Of a DNA stretch of 64,000 nt, positions 58,491 through 64,000 are shown one piece after another. The position numbers and the translations under genes are program-made. Under the pieces are notes generated by a model. That model made no database searches and was not told the DNA's origin. It saw nothing but the letters and a program-made list of their open reading frames with translations. The DNA comes from Candidatus Woesebacteria bacterium. GTDB taxonomy: Bacteria; Patescibacteriota; Microgenomatia; UBA8517. The first letter of the stretch is position 1; every line of letters starts with the position of its first letter. The DNA is taken from positions 66,671 to 130,670 of the forward strand of contig JAGVAE010000001.1 in assembly GCA_020060565.1 (NCBI GenBank). The letters are read 5' to 3'.

Positions 58491-59810
58491 ATGGCTACTC
58501 AAAACACTAACGTCAGAGTTCCTCCTCATTCTCAGGAAGCGGAAGAGTCTGTGTTGGGAGCAATGTTTTTGGACAAAGACGCTATTATTGCCGTTGCTGA
58601 ATTTTTACTTCCTGAAGATTTTTACGACGAAAGATTAAAGGTTGTCTATGAAGCCTGCCTTGATTTATATGAGGAAAGGGTTCCTATTGATGTTTTAACG
58701 GTTACAGAAAAACTTAAAAAGAAAAAAATACTTAAAAATATTGGATCTTCATTTTTAGCCGATCTTGCAAATAAAGTTCCAACGGCGGCTCACGTTGAAC
58801 ACTATGGAAAAATTGTAAAAGATACGGCAACAAAAAGATCATTGTTGTCTGCGGCAGGGAGGCTTGTGGAAAGCTCTATGGATGAAAGTATGACTGCAGC
58901 TGAGCTTATGGATTCAGCAGAAAGCCAAATTTTTTCACTTTCCCAAAAAAGCACGTCTCAAAGTTTCACTGCGGTCAAAACCGCACTTGCAGAAAGTTTT
59001 GACAGACTTGACGAACTACATAAACAAGGTGAGGGGATGCGTGGGGTTCCTACTGGATTTTCCGATTTAGATGATGCCTTAGCTGGTATGCAAAAAAGCA
59101 ATCTTATTATTTTAGCAGCAAGGCCTGGAGTAGGGAAGACGTCGCTTGCCATGAATATTGCTCAATATGTTGCTGTAAATCTGAAGCGTTGTGTTGGTTT
59201 CTTCTCACTTGAAATGAGTAAGGAGGAGTTGGTTGATAGACTTCTTGTGGGACAGGCAGACATTGATGCGTGGAAGCTTAAAACCGGAAAACTTGACGAA
59301 GATGACTTTACTAAGTTAAGTAATGCCATGGGGGAGTTGGCTGAGGCTCCACTATATATAGATGATACACCAGCTCTTTCCGTTCTAGAAATGCGAACAA
59401 AAGCAAGAAGACTTCAGGTAGAAAATGGCTTAGACTTTTTAGTTGTAGATTATCTTCAACTTGCCCGGTCTCGTAATCTTGAAAATAGAGTCCAAGAAGT
59501 TTCGGAAATCTCACAAGGAATGAAAAATTTAGCCCGTGAACTTAAAATTCCAGTGTTGGTTCTTTCCCAGTTATCTCGTGCGGTAGAAACCAGAGGAGGA
59601 AAAAAACCACAATTATCAGATCTTCGTGAATCGGGAAGCATAGAGCAAGACTCAGACGTTGTTATGTTCTTATGGCGTGAGGATGATGAAAATAGCGAAA
59701 ATATGATACTTGATATTGCCAAACATAGAAATGGACCCTTAAGAAGTATCCCACTTCACTTTAGAGGAGATAGGATTAAGTTCTTCAGCCGTGATGTTAA
59801 ACACAAGTGA
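58491..59810 (+). CDS. dnaB: Replicative DNA helicase
   Basis: PPHSQEAEESVLG, AARPGVGKT, FSLEM, DYLQL and LSDLRESGSIEQD. Confidence 0.98.
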   Translation: MATQNTNVRVPPHSQEAEESVLGAMFLDKDAIIAVAEFLLPEDFYDERLKVVYEACLDLYEERVPIDVLTVTEKLKKKKILKNIGSSFLADLANKVPTAAHVEHYGKIVKDTATKRSLLSAAGRLVESSMDESMTAAELMDSAESQIFSLSQKSTSQSFTAVKTALAESFDRLDELHKQGEGMRGVPTGFSDLDDALAGMQKSNLIILAARPGVGKTSLAMNIAQYVAVNLKRCVGFFSLEMSKEELVDRLLVGQADIDAWKLKTGKLDEDDFTKLSNAMGELAEAPLYIDDTPALSVLEMRTKARRLQVENGLDFLVVDYLQLARSRNLENRVQEVSEISQGMKNLARELKIPVLVLSQLSRAVETRGGKKPQLSDLRESGSIEQDSDVVMFLWREDDENSENMILDIAKHRNGPLRSIPLHFRGDRIKFFSRDVKHK

Positions 59811-59836
59811 TGTCAAAATGATATTGTTTTTTGCTA

Positions 59837-60058
59837 ATGAAAGAATCTCAATTTACATATCCAGAACCTGGTAATCCCAAAAGATTAGAGGCATTAATGC
59901 AAGATCTTTCAATTGTTTCCGCTAATATTGCCGCTCACCTATACGAAAAACATAATGGTTTGCCCGCCAGTACTTGTCATCGTTGCATCACCTTAACAGC
60001 AACATACCAAGATCTTCAACTACTAATTACAATGGAACAGAAGGAAAAGACTATCTGA
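59837..60058 (+). CDS. Hypothetical protein (H...H...CxxC)
   Basis: ORF fills the dnaB-tRNA gap; possible metal ligands. Confidence 0.5.
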   Translation: MKESQFTYPEPGNPKRLEALMQDLSIVSANIAAHLYEKHNGLPASTCHRCITLTATYQDLQLLITMEQKEKTI

Positions 60059-60090
60059 TTACAAAGTGAGAAATCAAGTTTGTTTTTAAG

Positions 60091-60176
60091 TGCCGAGGAG
60101 AGGAGTCGAACCTCCACGGAGCTTTAGACTCCAATGGTTTTTGAGACCATCCTGTATACCATTTCAGCACCTCGGC
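60091..60176 (-). tRNA. tRNA-Leu(CAA)
   Basis: Acceptor stem GCCGAGG/CCTCGGC, anticodon arm ATGGT-CTCAAAA-ACCAT, long variable arm, T-loop GGTTCGACTCC. Confidence 0.95.
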
Positions 60177-60210
60177 CTGGTATAATTTTAACACATTCGA
60201 AGCTAAATAG

Positions 60211-60672
60211 TTAGTTCTTAAGCCAGAGGATGGCTGCTGCAATTGTGGCGAGTTGAGTTAGAAGACCCCAAAATACAGTTGTGTCAACCTGTAAGGACTT
60301 TTGTAAAGTTAACCAATCTTTTAAAAACTTTGTTCTCATGTGTAGGAAAAAATAGGGGGCTTCAATAAGATCTGGAAGGACTGAGGCGAATGAAGCGAAC
60401 ATTATTGTAATTGCATGGGCTTTGTTTGGCATTACTTGCCAAGCAATAAGAGAGCCTGTAACAAGAGCCAGGGAGACGTCAAAGGCAATAATTACAATGC
60501 TTTTTTTTGTTGGGGCTCCATATTTTTTGGTTTCTGAAACAAGGTGTGGATTCCAATGTGGCACATGTTCCAAAACAAAGTGACTGGCAAAGGCTAGAGG
60601 GATTGCTAAAAAAGGATTAGGGATTTTTGTTGCAATTGCCGCTCCTACTGCAACATGGGGGGTTTCAAGCAT
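60211..60672 (-). CDS. Membrane protein, metal-dependent hydrolase-like
   Basis: H...G, SHFVLEHVPH and LPD motifs; several TMs. Confidence 0.75.
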   Translation of the reverse strand: MLETPHVAVGAAIATKIPNPFLAIPLAFASHFVLEHVPHWNPHLVSETKKYGAPTKKSIVIIAFDVSLALVTGSLIAWQVMPNKAHAITIMFASFASVLPDLIEAPYFFLHMRTKFLKDWLTLQKSLQVDTTVFWGLLTQLATIAAAILWLKN

Positions 60673-60696
60673 GGTGACTACTATGATATTATCTGG

Positions 60697-61308
60697 ATGA
60701 TGGCAATTGCAAGTATATTAATTAATTTTGTTGGAAGTCTAACATTCCTATTTATTTTTTGGAAAAGACTTCGGGAGGATTATTCTTCTGAAATAGTTTT
60801 TAAAACCGCATTTAATATTCTGGTGGGTATACTTGTTGGGTCATTAATTTTTCTAAAATTTTCTCAAATCGGTTTTTTCTGGCCCGTTCTTGTTGGTGCA
60901 CTGGTTGGATTGGGACTGTCATTTTTTAGGTTTAGAGTAAGATTTTATGAAACCTTTGAAGCGTTTATAATTGCATCATTTCCCTGGATTGGACTAACAT
61001 TTTTACTTGATTCCATAACTCATTCTTCATTAACCTCTTTCTTTGCATTTATTGCGGTACTTATTTTTGTGTTTGCTGCATATTATTTGGACACTCATTA
61101 CAAAGATTTTAGCTGGTACAAATCCGGAAAAATTGGGTTTGCGGGGATTGTAACTTTAGGTATTTTTTTTATAGTTAGATCCACCCTTGCTATTTTTGGG
61201 ATACACATGATATCCTTTGTTGGTCTTAAAATCGAAGCGGTAGTTTCAGGCGCAGCCGCTTTTCTTTGTTTTATTTTACTTTTAAATTTAGCTAGGATTA
61301 AGGAATAG
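60697..61308 (+). CDS. Multi-pass membrane protein (possibly Lgt-related)
   Basis: About 7 TMs; no clear Lgt signature motif seen. Confidence 0.7.
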   Translation: MMAIASILINFVGSLTFLFIFWKRLREDYSSEIVFKTAFNILVGILVGSLIFLKFSQIGFFWPVLVGALVGLGLSFFRFRVRFYETFEAFIIASFPWIGLTFLLDSITHSSLTSFFAFIAVLIFVFAAYYLDTHYKDFSWYKSGKIGFAGIVTLGIFFIVRSTLAIFGIHMISFVGLKIEAVVSGAAAFLCFILLLNLARIKE

Positions 61309-61310
61309 CT

Positions 61311-61691
61311 ATGACAAAAATAAACACACCACCAAAGTTTCCATCAAATGTATTGATTCCGGTTTCCAACATGCTTAAAGGGAAACTTGCAAAATTGGAG
61401 AGAAGAGAAAAAGAAATAAGCAAAGAGGATCCTTTTAAGGACGTTAATAGGGTAAACGATAATGCGGCACCAGATATTGAAGCGGATGAACAGTTTGGTC
61501 ACGCAAGAACTTCAGCTATAAGATCAGAAATAGATAGGGCAACAATTCAGATCAGAAAGGCCCTAACACGTATAAAAGTTGGAAAGTACGGCATTTGTGA
61601 GGTGTGTGGACAAATGATTGATACAGATCGCCTTATGATTTATCCTGAAGCAACACTTTGCGCCAAAGACGCCGCAAAGAAGGAAAAATAG
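61311..61691 (+). CDS. TraR/DksA C4-type zinc-finger protein
   Basis: ALTRIKVGKYGICEVCGQMIDTDRLMIYPEATLC. Confidence 0.92.
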   Translation: MTKINTPPKFPSNVLIPVSNMLKGKLAKLERREKEISKEDPFKDVNRVNDNAAPDIEADEQFGHARTSAIRSEIDRATIQIRKALTRIKVGKYGICEVCGQMIDTDRLMIYPEATLCAKDAAKKEK

Positions 61692-61707
61692 AGTACAATA
61701 GACCTCA

Positions 61708-62409
61708 ATGGAACCTAAAATAATCTTTGAAGATGAGTCTTTGTTTGTTGTAGATAAACCAACTGGTTGGATAACCAACGATGCGGATACAACAACTAAT
61801 CAACCTGTTCTTCAGACATGGTTTCGTAGTAATTTCCAATATCCAATATCCAATGACCAATTATTGCGGTCCGGAATTGTACACAGACTAGACAAAGAGA
61901 CCAGTGGAGTAATGATTGTTGCAAAGACGAAAGAGGCATTTGAGAAACTTCAATCCGAATTTAAAAATAGGGAAGTGAGTAAAACATATCTTGCATTATT
62001 ACATGGTCGAATGACTAATGGGGAAGGTAAAATAGAAGCTACTGTTGGTAGACTTCCATGGCACAGATCACGTTTTGGAGTTCTTCCTGGAGGACGTGAG
62101 TCAGCTACTGAATATAAAGTTTTAAAGTTTTATCCAGGAAATAACGCGGGCCATTCCCTGGTTGAATTTCATCCAAAGACGGGTCGGACTCATCAAATCA
62201 GAATTCATGCCAGACATGTTGGTCACGCAATTGTTGCAGACGAATTCTATGCAGGTAGAAAAACTGCTAGAAATGACAGAAAGTGGTGTCCAAGGCTTTT
62301 CTTGCACGCAGCCTCGATCAAATTTGTTCACCCTAAAGCCTCCAAAGTGGTAGAATATAAATCTGACCTACCTGAGGATTTGAAAGATGTGCTTCAAAAA
62401 CTCATTTAA
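61708..62409 (+). CDS. RluA/RluD-family pseudouridine synthase (no S4 domain)
   Basis: DKPTG, VHRLDKETSG, TGRTHQIRIH and LFLHA motifs. Confidence 0.95.
   Translation: MEPKIIFEDESLFVVDKPTGWITNDADTTTNQPVLQTWFRSNFQYPISNDQLLRSGIVHRLDKETSGVMIVAKTKEAFEKLQSEFKNREVSKTYLALLHGRMTNGEGKIEATVGRLPWHRSRFGVLPGGRESATEYKVLKFYPGNNAGHSLVEFHPKTGRTHQIRIHARHVGHAIVADEFYAGRKTARNDRKWCPRLFLHAASIKFVHPKASKVVEYKSDLPEDLKDVLQKLI
61830..61864 (+). repeat. Heptamer-periodic tract inside the pseudouridine synthase gene
   Basis: taatttc caatatc caatatc caatgac caattat, encoding NFQYPISNDQL. Confidence 0.8.
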
Positions 62410-62425
62410 GCTATACTTATAGATA

Positions 62426-64000
62426 GTGTTTCCCAACGAAGAAGGACTGACAACAGACGAAGTAAAACAAAGACAATCTCAGTTTGGTTTAAACATTCTG
62501 CCTGAAAAACGACCCCCAAGTAAGGCTCTACTTATTTTTCAACAATTGAAAAGCCCGTTGGTGTATGTTCTCTTGTTGGCTGCATTGGTTACTATTGCCA
62601 TCGGCCATTATTCTGATGCAATAATTATTTCTTTTGCGGTACTGATAAACACTATTCTGGGTTTTATCCAAGAAAGTAAGGCTTCAAACGCCCTCTTTGC
62701 TCTTAAAAGCTATGTTGCTCATAAGGCTACTGTTATACGTAATGGGAAAAGAATTACTATTGATACTAAACAACTTGTTCCGGGTGATTTAGTAATTCTT
62801 GGTCAGGGTATAAAAGTCGCAGCCGATGGAAAAATTACATTTGCAAATCGTCTCTATATAGACGAATCGGTATTAACGGGGGAGAGTATACCTGTTAATA
62901 AACAGAAAGGGGACATTGTATTTATGGGAACCACCATATCTTCTGGTCAGGCAGTAATGTTAGTTGAAGGAATTGGGGTCGCAACAAAAATAGGAACAAT
63001 TGCCCAAAAGATTCAAGAAAACGAGGCAGACACTCCGCTTCAAAAACAACTTAAGGTTTTCAGTAGACAATTGGTTGTGATTATTGGAGTTTTGACCCTG
63101 TTAGTTTTTGGTCTAGGAATTTTATATAAGTTCAGTATAACGGAAATATTTACAACCTCCATAGCCCTTGCAGTGTCAAGTATTCCGGAAGGCCTGCTTG
63201 TTTCACTTACTGTAATACTTGCAATAGGGATGCAGAAGATATTGAAACATCGTGGACTGGTAAAAAAACTTTCTGCAGCCGAAACTCTGGGAGGAGTTAC
63301 CACTATTTGTGTCGACAAAACAGGAACTCTCACACAAGGTAAAATGGAAGTTGTCGAACATGTTGGTGATGTAAAAGAGTTGTCTACTCAAGTACTTTTG
63401 GCTAACGATCTTGATGATCCAATTGTTATTTCTGCTTATGAGTGGGGGCGTACAATAGTAAAACATTCCCTTTCAAAATATCAGAGACTGGATAGCATTC
63501 CCTTTTCCCCTAAAGAACGATTTTTTGCAAGTATGCATAAATGGTCAGGAGATAAAAATATGATTTTTGTAAATGGAGCACCAGAATTATTACTTAATTG
63601 GACAGAAACATCCCAAAGTGAGAAGACTGAAATATTGCGGGTTATTGATAATTTAACAGATCAAGGAAGAAGGGTAATCGGATTTGCCAGAAAAGAGGTG
63701 TCAGTCAATAAAAATGTATTGGAAAATAAAGATGCTAAGAGTGGACTTACATGGATTGGAATATTGGCATTCAACGATCCTGTTCGGCTTGGTGTAAAAG
63801 AGGTATTAGAGCAGACAGTTTCTGCTGGCATCAAAACAATTGTTATTACAGGAGATTATCCTAAGACATCCGAATTTGTTCTTCAGGAATTGGGAATATC
63901 CTTTAATAAAGAAGAAATTGTGACAGGGGACGAGATAAATGATTTAACAGTAGAACAATTGGCTCAAAAAGTTAAAACAATCAAACTTTTTGCAAGAACC
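62426..64000 (+). CDS. Cation-transporting P-type ATPase (type II-like), runs off the window end
   Basis: GTG start; GLTTDEV...FGLN, DESVLTGES, IPEGL, ICVDKTGTLT and ITGD motifs; absent from the ORF track because no stop lies in the window. Confidence 0.93.
   Translation, partial: MFPNEEGLTTDEVKQRQSQFGLNILPEKRPPSKALLIFQQLKSPLVYVLLLAALVTIAIGHYSDAIIISFAVLINTILGFIQESKASNALFALKSYVAHKATVIRNGKRITIDTKQLVPGDLVILGQGIKVAADGKITFANRLYIDESVLTGESIPVNKQKGDIVFMGTTISSGQAVMLVEGIGVATKIGTIAQKIQENEADTPLQKQLKVFSRQLVVIIGVLTLLVFGLGILYKFSITEIFTTSIALAVSSIPEGLLVSLTVILAIGMQKILKHRGLVKKLSAAETLGGVTTICVDKTGTLTQGKMEVVEHVGDVKELSTQVLLANDLDDPIVISAYEWGRTIVKHSLSKYQRLDSIPFSPKERFFASMHKWSGDKNMIFVNGAPELLLNWTETSQSEKTEILRVIDNLTDQGRRVIGFARKEVSVNKNVLENKDAKSGLTWIGILAFNDPVRLGVKEVLEQTVSAGIKTIVITGDYPKTSEFVLQELGISFNKEEIVTGDEINDLTVEQLAQKVKTIKLFART

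Noticed and set aside
1-64000. CRISPR array, cas genes, rRNA, transposase, integrase, reverse transcriptase or prophage genes
   Set aside because: No repeat-spacer array and no ORF with such motifs was seen; the repeats found are short heptamer tracts or coding linkers.
1-64000. Alternative genetic code (TGA read as Gly or Trp)
   Set aside because: Conserved genes such as glyA, dnaB and def end at TGA at the expected length, and long ORFs have no internal TGA.

Overview
AT-rich chromosomal segment of a small-genome bacterium that uses the standard code (TGA is a stop). Gene content and trimmed proteins point to Patescibacteria/CPR, Microgenomates-like (inference). Most of the window is housekeeping: secE-nusG-rplK-rplA-rplJ-rplL, rpsU, rpmG, rpmB, def/fmt, mreB/mrdA, dprA-topA, dcd-dut-thyA-folA-glyA-folD, rpsB-tsf-frr, rseP-proS, dnaX-ybaB-recR, cysS, ychF-rpsF-ssb-rpsR, prfA-rpmE, hisS, dnaB and five tRNAs. 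An accessory signalling/envelope block lies at about 38-50 kb. Main unexplained signals: (1) about 18 dispersed tracts with 7-nt periodicity, in several motif families, both in frame inside essential genes and at gene junctions; (2) an HTH/LAGLIDADG-like ORF that reads through an entire tRNA-Tyr gene; (3) a ~150-nt rod-shaped ncRNA with 6S-like architecture carrying a REP-like palindrome also found in rplA; (4) an orphan tRNA-Trp 5' half upstream of an atypical tRNA-Trp; (5) pervasive leaderless promoter-start geometry; (6) domain-trimmed RF1, HisRS, DprA, EF-Ts and ProRS; (7) a FliA/WhiG-like sigma factor behind an NMT1-CHASE/PAS kinase-receiver module; (8) several disrupted ORFs, including a frameshifted rpsR. 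All calls come from reading the sequence; no database searches were run.
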